The position numbers and the translations under genes were made by a program. DNA of 64,000 bases, taken from positions 1,375,941 to 1,439,940 of the forward strand of contig BCIN01000003.1 in assembly GCA_039545335.1 (NCBI GenBank). Direction: 5' to 3'. Each line of letters opens with the position of its first letter. Position 1 is the stretch's first letter. Source of the stretch: Kondoa subrosea (Eukaryota). The notes beneath the pieces are model-generated. The model searched no databases, was not told the origin of the DNA, and saw nothing but the letters and a program-made list of their open reading frames with translations. This document shows positions 1-11,004 of this stretch, in pieces.

Positions 1-303
1 AGTTGTTGCAATAGTGGAAGAAGAGGGCGAGGGCCTGACTTGGGAGTCTGTCAAGACAACGAACGATTCTGTCGGAGCGCTGGAACGAGAAGGTATAGAG
101 ACGCTTCGACGTGACACAGGGGAAGCTGGTCTGGCAGGTGTGATACCATAGGCTGCTTGCAAAGACGGTGGCAGGCGAGCGAGATGTGTTGACGAGTTAT
201 GATGCTGAGCTGATGCAGGGGAAAGGTGTGACGAGAGCAAATCAAAGCTACTCTCCTTCAGACTGCTATTACGTATAGATTGTTTGCAGCGTTGGCACGC
301 CAT
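1..303 (-). CDS. ATG6: Autophagy protein Atg6/Vps30 (Beclin-1 family), 5' part; gene runs off the window start
   Basis: Not in the ORF track because it is open at the edge. ATG at 303 reads MACQRCKQSIRNSSLKESSFDLL...LARLPPSLQAAY...PTESFVVLTDSQV to position 1 with no stop. The N-terminal CQxC, the (A/S)FDLL motif and ESFVxLxDS match fungal Atg6 N-termini from memory. Confidence 0.7.
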   Translation of the reverse strand, partial: MACQRCKQSIRNSSLKESSFDLLSSHLSPASAQHHNSSTHLARLPPSLQAAYGITPARPASPVSRRSVSIPSRSSAPTESFVVLTDSQVRPSPSSSTIATT

Positions 304-407
304 GAGTATAAGTGGTATATGCGTGGAAGTACGAGACAAGACTTGGGAATGCGAAGTCAACAAGACCAAGAGGCAAGGTACTCCCTTTCCTTTGCACTAG
401 ACATAGT

Positions 408-3400
408 TTATGACTGCTGCAGTGATGCTTGATACGCTTTCTGCGCCAGTTCCACCGCTTCCGAAACTTTACTGACTTCTGTTCCAATCCCTTGACCAGA
501 TTCATCTTTCCCTCCACCTTTGCCTTGCAATACATCAGCAACACTTGCAAGCCATGTCTTGGCGGTGAAAGTCTTTGATACTTCTGCTTTCGGCAAGCAT
601 GTGACATAGTAGATTTTGCCCTCGCTAGCATCTACAGAGAACAGGAAAGCGGGTTTGGACAGAGTTTGAGCTTGCTTCAGACCAGCTTGAAGCGCCTGCA
701 AGCGACGAACCACATCAAACGGGCTCTGTATTATACTTAAGCCATTAATACACACCTTCATATTCGATCCAGCTTCTACTTGAGCAATATACGCGCGCTC
801 GTTTGGGTTCTCCTTAAAGTAAGAAGAGATGCCGTTGGAAAGCTAGTCACTTCTCAGCTAACATTAGATCAACTCCGCACGAGCACTCACTTCTGTTATC
901 AGAAGTTTGTCTTGAGCTTTCGACTGAGCATCGAGATCCCGTTTGAAGGCAGCGCTGGCATCTTTGAGGTGAGACTTCCGTATCAATGAGCCGTCCAGTT
1001 GATTCAGTTCCTACATAGGAAATGGGTATAGCTCCAAATTAATTGATAACCACTTACCGCGGTGAAGAGCTTGTACGCGGCTTCTTGCGCTTTCGCATCA
1101 GGTAACTTCTTCAATTCTTCCAAACGAGCTTCCATCTCTTGACATCTTTGATGCGCTTCTCGTGCTTTTTCTCCCGTAACACCTATGATTCTTCGGATAC
1201 CTTTGGCGATTCCAGTCTCTTCTGTGATGGTGAAATCTTTTATATCTCCGGTCTTAGCGACGTGTCTATTTCCATACATCAGCAATACTAAAGGCAACGA
1301 TCCAAAAAATTACTAACGTTCCACCGCAGAACTCTACACTAGTCGAGCGCCATTTTGGATTTGTAATATCTTTGGCAATCTCGTCCACCGAGAATTCCAG
1401 TGTCACAACTCTGACTGGATCAGGATATGCTTCGCCGAAAACAGCACGAAGACCAGGAATATCATGAGCTTGTTTGAGCTGCATTTCCTTGCTATACACT
1501 CGAACGTTCTTGTTGACCCATTCGGTGCAGATAGATTCGATCTGCGTCAATTCCTGAACAGTGACTGGCCCTTTGTGCGAGAAATCGAAACGTAGTTTCG
1601 TTGCCGCTACAAGAGAGCCTTTCTGGTCGATATGGTCGCCCAGTACTTCCCTCAGGCCGAAATTGAGGATGTGTGTCGCGGTGTGGTTGCTTTGTAAAGG
1701 TCGCCGCCGGTTCTATCCAATTTTTAGCGATGTCATTGACACAAAAGAATGCGAGATATACCTCATCGTAAGTACAAATGACTTCATCATTTACCTTCAG
1801 GTTGCCATCTTGTAGAGTTCCAATGTGCACAACATAGCCGCTGAACACTTGCACATCCGTTACATTGAATGCAGCTGAACCATCGATGATAATCCGTCCC
1901 GTGTCGGCTTCTTGTCCTCCTGATTCTGCGTAGAAGTTTGTACGATCCAGTATAAGACCCATTGGCTCGCCGCGTGGTATCGATTCTGTAGCATCAATGA
2001 AAGAGTTCTTGTGGAAGATAGCTTTAACATTGCTTGTGGTGTTGCCGAGTTCTGTCAGAAGGTGTGCAAGACTCAGCGATATTGCGGCAGAGCTTGATAC
2101 GACTGACCATATTTAGCTTGATCGTCTGTTTTCGGCACTTCGACCATCTTTTCCAGCTGACCGATAGCATGCACGTCCAGCTTTACCAAATCAGCAGCTC
2201 CGGTCTTCGCAACACCTTTCGAAGCTTCTTTACTCGCTGCCTGAGCAGCTTCGAACTCTTTCTGATTCACACTTAAGCCGACTTCTTCAGCCATTAGCAG
2301 AGTAAGATCAACTGGGAAACCATAAGTATCGTATAATTGCCAGACATCTTTGCCGTCCAGTTCTTTTTGCTTATTTTCAAGCGCACGAGCAGCATATTGA
2401 TCAAAGAGTTTCTCGCCACGATCTAGTGTTCGAGCAAAAGAAGCTTCTTCTTCGTCCAGCAATTCCTTGATGGCTTCAGTCTTCCGTGTGATCTCAGGGA
2501 AGACGTCCCCCTGCATCACACAAGAGATTCTTCAACTAAGTAGATCACCCGAGGACTACTGCACGCACCATCTGAGCAACAAGCGTGGGCATCAGAGTAC
2601 TGAAGAAGCTGCCTATCTGAACGCCAAACTTCTTTCTCGCATATCTCGCCCCTCTCCTCAGGATTCTACGAAGCACATAACCTCTTCCAACATTATCCGG
2701 CACACCACCGTCGCTCAGAGCAAACGTCAACGTCCGCACGTGATCCGCAACGACTCTATAAGCAGTATCAACGCCATCTGTATCTTCTTCTCCCAATTTT
2801 CCACCATAAGGTTTAGCTCCAGTAAGCTCTTGAATTCGAGCGAAGAGAGGAGAAAAGACATCTGTATCGTAATTGGAAGATTTGTCTTGTAAAACAGAAA
2901 CCAATCTTTCGAAACCCATTCCAGTATCAACGTGCTTAGCAGGTAAACCACGAAGACTTCCATCTTGTTCCCTGTTGTACTGAATAAACACATTGTTCCA
3001 GATTTCTAGTACGAGTGGATCATCCGCGTTGACTAATTCAGCAGCGTTTCTTCCTCCAACTCGATCGTAGTGAATTTCAGAACAAGGTCCACATGGTCCA
3101 GTGGCACCCATTTCCCAAAAGTTGTCTTTCGCATTGCCAGTGACGATATGATCTTGCTTCACTCCAAGCGATAACCAAATGTCTCTCGTCTCATTATCTG
3201 GTTCCAAGCCTTGTGAGGCATCCCCTTCAAAGTAAGAAACATAGAGTCGATCAGCAGGCAGACCGTATACTTCGGTGAGCAGTTTCCAAGACATGGTTAA
3301 TGCTTCTCGCTTGAAATAGTCGCCAAAGGACCAATTGCCCAACATCTCGAAGCTGAACACCAATACTTAGAAAAGATGCTGCATAAAGGATAAAGACGCT

Positions 3401-4103
3401 TACAAAGTGTGATGATACTATATTCCATGCTCAGCATCATGAGACTTGCAGTCGCGCTTAAACTTACTGTATCTTTGCCAACATCATCCAGATCTGAATG
3501 ATGCTCACAATTCAGCTACATTCTATGACTGTATGGAAGAGACGCTAACCATTGTGCTTGCCTATCTCACCTCACATCAGCTATCTTCTCGATTATAGCA
3601 GGCAGGACAAGCTTTACCTCCAGCACGAATACATTTCTGACTGTTGACTGCTCTCTTTAGTGAAGCAAAGCTTGAGTTTGGGTCCACAGTTCCCAAGAAA
3701 ATAGATTTGTATTGATTCATGCCTGTCATCGAGTCCGTCCTCAGAATACTCTACAAATCACAGCAATAAAGCCACACCGACCAGCGTTGACGAAGAGAAG
3801 AGTAGGATCCTCATAGGGAATGACAGAAGCAGAGGGTACAAAAGTATGCTGATGACTCTGTTGAAAGTATTCGAAGAAAGTAGAGCGAACTTTGGATGCT
3901 GGCCAATCACCAAATTGAGAGCTCGTTGCTGTAGACATCTTGATCACCTTGTTGTTCCGCTCAGGGCTGGACAGAGATAGAGATTTGGATTTGTGCAAGT
4001 TTCGACTTTGACTTAGCGTGAGAAGCTGAGATCTAGCTATTGGTATAGAGCTCAAGACTGGTATACGACTAGACGAGCTAAATAAGCGTAAGCTCTTGAG
4101 CAT
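408..4103 (-). CDS. ALA1: Alanyl-tRNA synthetase, multi-exon, with N-terminal mitochondrial-type extension
   Basis: Spliced motifs [110 protein letters not shown] (editing domain) and GKGGGK. All introns read are GT-AG; stop at 408-410. Confidence 0.97.
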
Positions 4104-4362
4104 GCACTGATGGCAGTCACGCAGAAAGCGTGATGCGAATCTCGTACAACAATGTCATGACTCGTCTCGGTAGCAGAAGGTATTAAAGTATTCGAAAGTC
4201 ATCTATCGTACATCGCATCTGCATAGCTTCGTTTTCATGCGTCAACCGCCTGTTCCTACCAGTAGCTATCTATATCAGAGGAGCACAATTCCTGCCAATC
4301 TTGCTTTCAGACCATCGCGAGATAGCAGAAAACATAACACACTCACTACTGACACAATTCAT

Positions 4363-5688
4363 CTACCTTCTCTCGCTTCTGTAATCTATGTCACCATAAT
4401 AAAGGGTTGGTCGGCGAATCGGTAGAGATGCAGGAAGAGATTGGCGACCGCGAGGTCCTTGAGGGTAAGAAGGGACAGGTCCATAGCTCCTGGTTCTGGA
4501 ATGACCAATCGGAGGTGACGTTGGAGCTGCGAATGGAGGTGAACTGGGATGAAAATTAGTATTGCGAATCGGAGGCGGAGGAGGCCAGGGTACAGAAGAT
4601 GGAACGCTAGGATCGATGAACATAGAACGAGGTCTAGAAGGTAAAATTGGTGGATTGAAAGTAGTGCTTGATGGAGCAATAGAATTGACGCTAGGCGGAC
4701 TTCTTCTGCGGGAATGCGTGGACTGATGTATATACGCAGCTGGCCCGATCGGTATGTATTCTCTTGCCCGCTGAGGTTCTGCTGACTTGGCTCTAGTTGG
4801 ACTTCTTTCACTAGGTTGTGCATTTGTTGTAGCTTGATTCGCAATTGGAGACGCCTTTGCTTGTTCTGGTTCCGGACTCCCCCAAGGACAGACCTCATCG
4901 GGCGCAGAGCTGGATACAGAAACATCGTCCGGCGTGCTTGCGCGAGAGATCGCTCGATTGAGAGATGTATAGCTGGAAAAGGTGATATCTGAAATTTCGG
5001 CAGTAAGAGGAGATACAGAAGAGGAAGAGGAAATTGTTGAGATCGCTTGCTTCATTTCTGCCGATGTAGCTTCGGGCGCTTTCGAAGCAGTTGCTGCCAA
5101 AAGTTTGCGTAGCGCTTCCTTCACTTCATTAGGTGCATTTCGGAAGCGCTGCGAGGGTGTAGCTCGGTTGTCAGGTGAAGAAGACTTAATTGGAATAGGC
5201 TGCGGTACGGGTGTTGCAAGAGATTGCGAAGGCGGTTCATCGACATCCAGCTCTCCTTCTTCCCGTTGCCTCAATCCTTTGGCCTGCTCTATCAGGGCTT
5301 GCTTCCGCCTCATTGACAATTCTTCTATCACTTCCTCGCCAAGAGCTTCGTCCTTGCCGAATGGAGTGTACTGCAATGCAAGAAGCCTTGCCGATGAGAG
5401 CGATTGTAATGGAGGAAGATGAGAAACAGAAGCAAAGGAGAGATCAATCAGGTGATGCTGTGCGGGAGGAGGACATTCGCAGAGGGACAATGGATCCGCT
5501 TCTACAGCTCTGGCTTGCCTCTTCATCCAGCTCCTTCGAGCCATTCTTCTGAAGTTCTCATCAATAGCTGAGTCATCATACAAAAGCTGATACAGGTCGA
5601 TAGCGGCAAGAAGAGCAGATGGAAGTGTATCGAGCTTGGCCAGCGTGAAGTCATAGCTCTTGAAAGGAAGCACATCGTAGTCTTGCAT
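4363..5688 (-). CDS. Uncharacterised 441-aa intronless protein: helical N-terminal domain plus Pro/Ser-rich disordered tail; paralogue of 6159-8282
   Basis: Long uninterrupted ORF with ATG at 5688; its first ~135 aa align by eye with the neighbouring gene. Confidence 0.8.
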   Translation of the reverse strand: MQDYDVLPFKSYDFTLAKLDTLPSALLAAIDLYQLLYDDSAIDENFRRMARRSWMKRQARAVEADPLSLCECPPPAQHHLIDLSFASVSHLPPLQSLSSARLLALQYTPFGKDEALGEEVIEELSMRRKQALIEQAKGLRQREEGELDVDEPPSQSLATPVPQPIPIKSSSPDNRATPSQRFRNAPNEVKEALRKLLAATASKAPEATSAEMKQAISTISSSSSVSPLTAEISDITFSSYTSLNRAISRASTPDDVSVSSSAPDEVCPWGSPEPEQAKASPIANQATTNAQPSERSPTRAKSAEPQRAREYIPIGPAAYIHQSTHSRRRSPPSVNSIAPSSTTFNPPILPSRPRSMFIDPSVPSSVPWPPPPPIRNTNFHPSSPPFAAPTSPPIGHSRTRSYGPVPSYPQGPRGRQSLPASLPIRRPTLYYGDIDYRSERR

Positions 5689-6158
5689 TGTGACTACAGA
5701 CCTCCTTCAAAAGCCATATGACAATAGCCCGGGCAGTCAGACCCACCTCAAGGTGAAATACTGAATTTCTCCTCCTAGCCTCGTCCTCGAAATCCAGATG
5801 TAATCCGCCTAGGGGGTATCAACACGGCTGTAGTAGGTATATATGGGCCTTTGGGTATCTCGGGTGGCCTGGGTCAAGCAACATCAAGCGGACCGAGACA
5901 TGCTTTAAGTTCTTACATAATCTATACCCTATCATAGCATGCAATAATGAGATGTGCGATATATATACAGAGGAAGACACCAAAGAATGCAGGGAAGAAA
6001 GCAATCAAACAAATTTACATAAGGCAAGACAATTGCTAAACAGCAACTTTCGTGCATCACTAAAACGCTGCAGTAGCGAAGTCCTATAGATCTTTAAACT
6101 TAGCTACGCCTCTGTACACAGAAGGCGACGAACACTTTGAATCCGACCTTTTGCCAAA

Positions 6159-8282
6159 CTAGCGATATTGCATTGGGCTCCTGAATTCTGAATGCGGAGC
6201 TGGTCTCGGCGGAAATTGAGATTCGTTAGGGCGCTTCGTAGGTGGATTAAGAGTGTTCGTAGCAGTAGAAGCAGAAGCAGAAGGCGATACAAGAGGAGGG
6301 AAGAATATGCCAGGAGAAGCGGTGTAAGGATTCAACTGCCATGACGATGCTGGAGGAGCTGAAGAAGAAGAAGAAGAAGAGCCATATACGAAGTTCGTTT
6401 GCTGTAGGTGAGGAGTTGTCTCGGCGAGTAAACGAGCTGTAGATGCTTGCAAGTTTTGTGGTGCAACTGCAGCTGGAGTGTAAGAGGACTGCGAAGATAG
6501 AGGTTTAGGAACAGGCGCAATGCAAGAGGACTGCGGTGGCTTGGCTGAAATGGCAGCTGAAATGAAAGAGAATGGAACAGGTGGTCGATCGAAAGGCAAT
6601 TGAGGCCGAGAAGGTAAACCGGCGGAAGCAGAAACTGCATTGTGTTGCAATTGTACGGGAGCCGAAGAGGATTGAGCTGTGGACGAGTAGAGAATACTGT
6701 TTGAGCCAGAAGCATGCCGAGATTGACTCTTAACTGTTGTAGCCTTGTTCTGCTTAGATGCTCCGCGTATCGCGTGTTTTGTTAAGCGGAATTGCAACCA
6801 ATTGACTTCCTTCGGAATAACCGCATCCCATACCATAGTGATACCCATTTTCTTCAGCTTCTTCGGCTTCAAAAGCGTAGCTTCCACTTTGATCGGAACG
6901 CTTGCAGGTGTGCAGGCATTACCGTGAGCTTCCACTGCCCGTTTCGCTTCTTCTCCACTCTTGTACCATACAACAGCAGCCGACTCCAGCGATGTAAGTT
7001 CATTCTTGACGATGGACCGACAAGTATTCTCACGTAGGAGCTGGAAAGCCAGCGGTTCTGGACACTTTGCTGTTCGGGTAAGAAACTGTAGTAGTTTGTC
7101 GGAATCCATCGCGACACCGATACGAGCAAGAAGGATAGCTGGGAAAGTTTGGCTTGACGGCGGCGCTACATCGGGAAGGCTTATGATGATATCGATTTGT
7201 TTGCTCTGCTTCTCGTCTCGGTGCGGAAATTCCGCAGGTCCAGCTGCTTGACTTCGATAAGACTTAATGATGGTTCTAGATGTTGTCGCGTAGTCTCTTT
7301 TGGTCTTTCGGCTGTCAAGAGAATCGATGACCGGAAGGACAATTGGGGGAAGTGGACAAGCCGGTTTGGGAAGCGGACCAGAACGAAGTCGAGGATCACT
7401 CGTCACAGTGTGGATTGATTGACTGGGGATTGCTGTTTGCGCTGAAGTGCCGTCGGACTGCTGCTGAACGACAGATGCACTCTGAATCGTTTGTAGGTGA
7501 TTAATTCTTTTTTGCAGCGGTTCAGACTGTGCGTCTCCAGAGGCTGCTGCTGCCGTAGCGGGAGAAGTAGCAGAAGTTGCCGTAGCTTGAACCAGTTTGG
7601 CTAAAGCAGCATGTACATCTGCAGGCGCTTGTGCTAGATTGCGTTTTGGAGAGCCGCGCCTATCTACTGGAGAAGATTCGAACTGCTTTGGAGTGCTTTG
7701 CCGGGCTACTGCAACAGGCTCGAGGAAGGCTGGATCCAATGGAATCATAGCACCACTCTTTCCGCCAGTCCCTTGATCGTGAGATTCTGACTTGACAGCT
7801 GTTGGCTGAATATCTGTGTTCGATGATGCACCAAGCTCTTGCTCCGTCCCACTCTGTACTAGCCTAGATGCCTCTGTGACCTGCAGCATAGCTTTCCGTC
7901 TCCTTAGTTGCAGCTCCTCAAGTACATCTTCTTGCAGCTCTTCATCCTCCGCTAAGCCCGTGAATTTGATTGCCAAGAGTTGCGCGCTTGAAAGACTCCT
8001 GATGTCAAGTGCTTCCTTTTCAACCTTTTCAGCGAAACTCAAGTCAAGCAGATGATGGTCTTCTGGGGTTGGGTCTTCTTGCAAGCTGATTCCACGCTCG
8101 AGAGCACGATTTGATCTGAGGAGCCAAAGCCGTTTAGCCTGTTTGAGAAGGCGAGCGTTTGCAGGTTGCTCTTCATACAGTGAGAAGTAGAGCTCAATGG
8201 AAGCCAGGACTGCGCTTGGCAGTGCTGAGAGAGTATTTGCTGTATAGGGATGCTTCAACGGCAGAGTATCGTACCCTGACAT
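6159..8282 (-). CDS. Uncharacterised ~707-aa intronless protein: shared N-terminal domain, possible degenerate RRM, Pro/Ser-rich tail
   Basis: Part of ORF 6159..8423. The ATG at 8282 (MSGYDTLPLK) aligns with the start of the paralogue (MQDYDVLPFK), so it is taken as the start. Confidence 0.8.
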   Translation of the reverse strand: MSGYDTLPLKHPYTANTLSALPSAVLASIELYFSLYEEQPANARLLKQAKRLWLLRSNRALERGISLQEDPTPEDHHLLDLSFAEKVEKEALDIRSLSSAQLLAIKFTGLAEDEELQEDVLEELQLRRRKAMLQVTEASRLVQSGTEQELGASSNTDIQPTAVKSESHDQGTGGKSGAMIPLDPAFLEPVAVARQSTPKQFESSPVDRRGSPKRNLAQAPADVHAALAKLVQATATSATSPATAAAASGDAQSEPLQKRINHLQTIQSASVVQQQSDGTSAQTAIPSQSIHTVTSDPRLRSGPLPKPACPLPPIVLPVIDSLDSRKTKRDYATTSRTIIKSYRSQAAGPAEFPHRDEKQSKQIDIIISLPDVAPPSSQTFPAILLARIGVAMDSDKLLQFLTRTAKCPEPLAFQLLRENTCRSIVKNELTSLESAAVVWYKSGEEAKRAVEAHGNACTPASVPIKVEATLLKPKKLKKMGITMVWDAVIPKEVNWLQFRLTKHAIRGASKQNKATTVKSQSRHASGSNSILYSSTAQSSSAPVQLQHNAVSASAGLPSRPQLPFDRPPVPFSFISAAISAKPPQSSCIAPVPKPLSSQSSYTPAAVAPQNLQASTARLLAETTPHLQQTNFVYGSSSSSSSAPPASSWQLNPYTASPGIFFPPLVSPSASASTATNTLNPPTKRPNESQFPPRPAPHSEFRSPMQYR

Positions 8283-8573
8283 GGCTGCTCGAAGTAAACC
8301 AAAGCGAGAACCTTTTTGTTTGCAAAATTGGCCATAACAAAGGCAGCTACCAGATAGTACTATTATCATGACCGTCGCGAAAGGCCGTCTCGCGGGCCCC
8401 GATAAGGCAGAGAGTCTGATCAATGAACGATTTAAGCGTGCCGAAACCTTCGGCCTTCTTCTAAAACATCGGCTAGAGCTTTGAAGACTCCTTTTCCTGT
8501 GCGACGACTCGCTATATACTTCATTGTCGATATCAGCCTCCGATCCATACCGCTATACTGAGCCGGTATCAAA

Positions 8574-10869
8574 ATGACCAAGTTTTCGGCAGATGAAGAA
8601 ACTCTGGCTGGATCGCGTAGAAATAGTAATCCAAGCGAAGTCAAACTGTCGGATGAAGAGCTGAATAAGCACACATTACCGATAAGACCATGGAGGTTCG
8701 TTTCACAGCGATTCGAGCGGTTTCAGATGTTAATGACTATATTAGGCGACATGCTACACCGTTCGCGGACATTGTCAAACACGCCTACGAAGGCAAGGGA
8801 ACTGAGAAGGAACCCTACATCATAACCTGGATCGACAATGACCAGGAAAACCCGCAATTGCTCTCTCCCGCGTATGTCATCATTATCCCAATGTTTCAGT
8901 ACTGGGTTCTCATAACCGCTGCAGATACAAATGGAGCATCACTATGCTCGTCGCAATCATTACATTGGCTGTAGCGCTGGCATCTTCAGCTTATTCAGGA
9001 GCAGTTCGATCTCTGCGCGAAAGTTTCCCTGGCGCAAGTCAAGAAGTTGTGATCTTAGGCATATCACTCTTCGTGTTGGGTTTCGCTCTTGGACCTCTTC
9101 TCTTTGCACCTGCATGCGAAGTTTTTGGTCGAAGAAATACTTTCATCTTTTCCTACTTCTTCTTCACTCTTTGGCAAGGAGTTACCGTTTCATCTCAATC
9201 GATAGCTCAAGTGGTCATCTTCCGCTTCTTGGCAGCTGCTTTTGGTTCTAGTCCACTTGTTTCCGCGGGCGGCACAATCTCAGATGTTTTCGGACAACAT
9301 CAAAGAGGTGTTGCCATGGCAATGTAAGCATCTTTGAGCTGGTTAATGTGATGAAAGCTCATACAATCCATAGATTCGCTTCGGCACCGTTCTTGGGCCC
9401 TGTACTTGGTGAGTGAGAGAACTTGGCCTTCATCTGGAATCATATCTGACATCCGCTTCCTTCAGGGCCAATCATTGGAGGCTTCCTTGGCGAAACTAGG
9501 GGTTGGCGGTGGGTTGAAGCATTGCTGGCACTCTTTTCGGGTACTCTTTTCCTTGTCGGAGTTCTTTTGCTGCCGGAAACCTATGCTGTAAGTCGGCCTC
9601 TATTTTGGGTTCTTCTTGACTTAGGTATCCGATTAGCCAACCCTCCTTAGAGCACGAGCAAAACGACTATCAAAATATACCGGTCAATATTACCGCGCAT
9701 CAATGGATGCGAAGAAAGAATTGGTCTTGACTGATCTCATCAAGACAAGTTTGGTCAGACCCTGGGTCCTACTTTTCCGCGAACCTATCGTCTTCATCTT
9801 GTCCCTCTACGTTGCGATTGTATACGGTATTCTGTGAGTCTTTGTTCGCGCATCGCGGATGAGAGCTGATCTAGTATGAATATAGATATATGCTCTTCAG
9901 TGCATATCCTATAGTGTTTCAGGAAGGTCACGGCTGGTCTCCTGGAGTAGGAGGCCTGGCCTTTATCCCTATTGCAGTCGGTATCCTCATTGTAGGTTTC
10001 GTATCCTTTTCTTGCTTCGTTAGACTCATTGATTGCACAGGGGATCGCCTACATTATTTACTACGAGAACCCAAGATTCGTTCGAGTTATGGAGTCTCAT
10101 GATGGAAAGGCGCCGCCAGAAGCTCGTCTACCGTGTGCTATCATTGGTTCTTTCTCTCTTACTATCGGTCTCGTCTGGTTTTCGGCCTCTTGTAATCCCG
10201 GTACACATTGGATAGTGCCGATGCTTGCTGGAGCTCCATTCGGACTTGGCATGGTACTAGTCTTTATCGCTTTGCAAAGGTGAATTCAGCAGACCTTATT
10301 GATTGTGCATTTGATCAACGTTTTGCTCTAGTTATTTGGTTGATTCCTATGTGATGTATGTCCATTTGAGAAAAGACGAAATCAACACTGATAGGCCCTT
10401 ACAGATATGCTGCCTCTGTCTTGGCAGCAAATTCTTTGCTTCGAAGTCTTTTCGGCGCTGCCTTCCCACTGTCAGTTATTTTCTCTATAAAGTATGAAGT
10501 GCCTGAATTCTGCTATTAGATTCACATCTCAAATGTACAGCAGACTGTAAGTACTTCTTTCTGCTAGACAAGATCGCTCTCATGTTTTGTTCAGTGGTGT
10601 ACAATGGGCGTCAGCTATTCCTGCGTTTTTGGCTTTCTTATGTCGTACGTTCGCTGTAGACAATGTATGATTTTATTGACATCTTTTGCATAGTTCCTTT
10701 CCCAATTCTCTTCTACAAATATGGTGAAGCTGTACGGTTACGCTGCAAGTACGCCCGAGAAGCTGCAGAAATATTAGAAAAGATGAGTGCATCGAAAGAA
10801 AAGACACATCAAGACGAAGAGAAGAAAGAGCATCACGAAGAGAAACAACCTGCGAAAGCTTCGGCATAG
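8574..10869 (+). CDS. MFS drug:H+ antiporter, DHA1 family (Tpo1/Flr1-like), multi-exon
   Basis: Spliced motifs [97 protein letters not shown] and AAFPLF; GT-AG introns. Confidence 0.93.
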
Positions 10870-11004
10870 TGTCTCATCATCGAAAGACAATCAGTTATAG
10901 AGGTAGAAGTGTCGCATGTTGTAAATACTACCTAAGGTATCTGGATACCATCAGGGGTGATAAAAATTGTATGTCTTGTTGCGAATTTACAAATTTCTCG
11001 TATT

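Noticed and set aside
8283..8423. 47-codon upstream extension of ORF 6159..8423
   Set aside because: It begins at a non-ATG codon, and homology with the paralogue starts at the ATG at 8282; probably 5' UTR or promoter.
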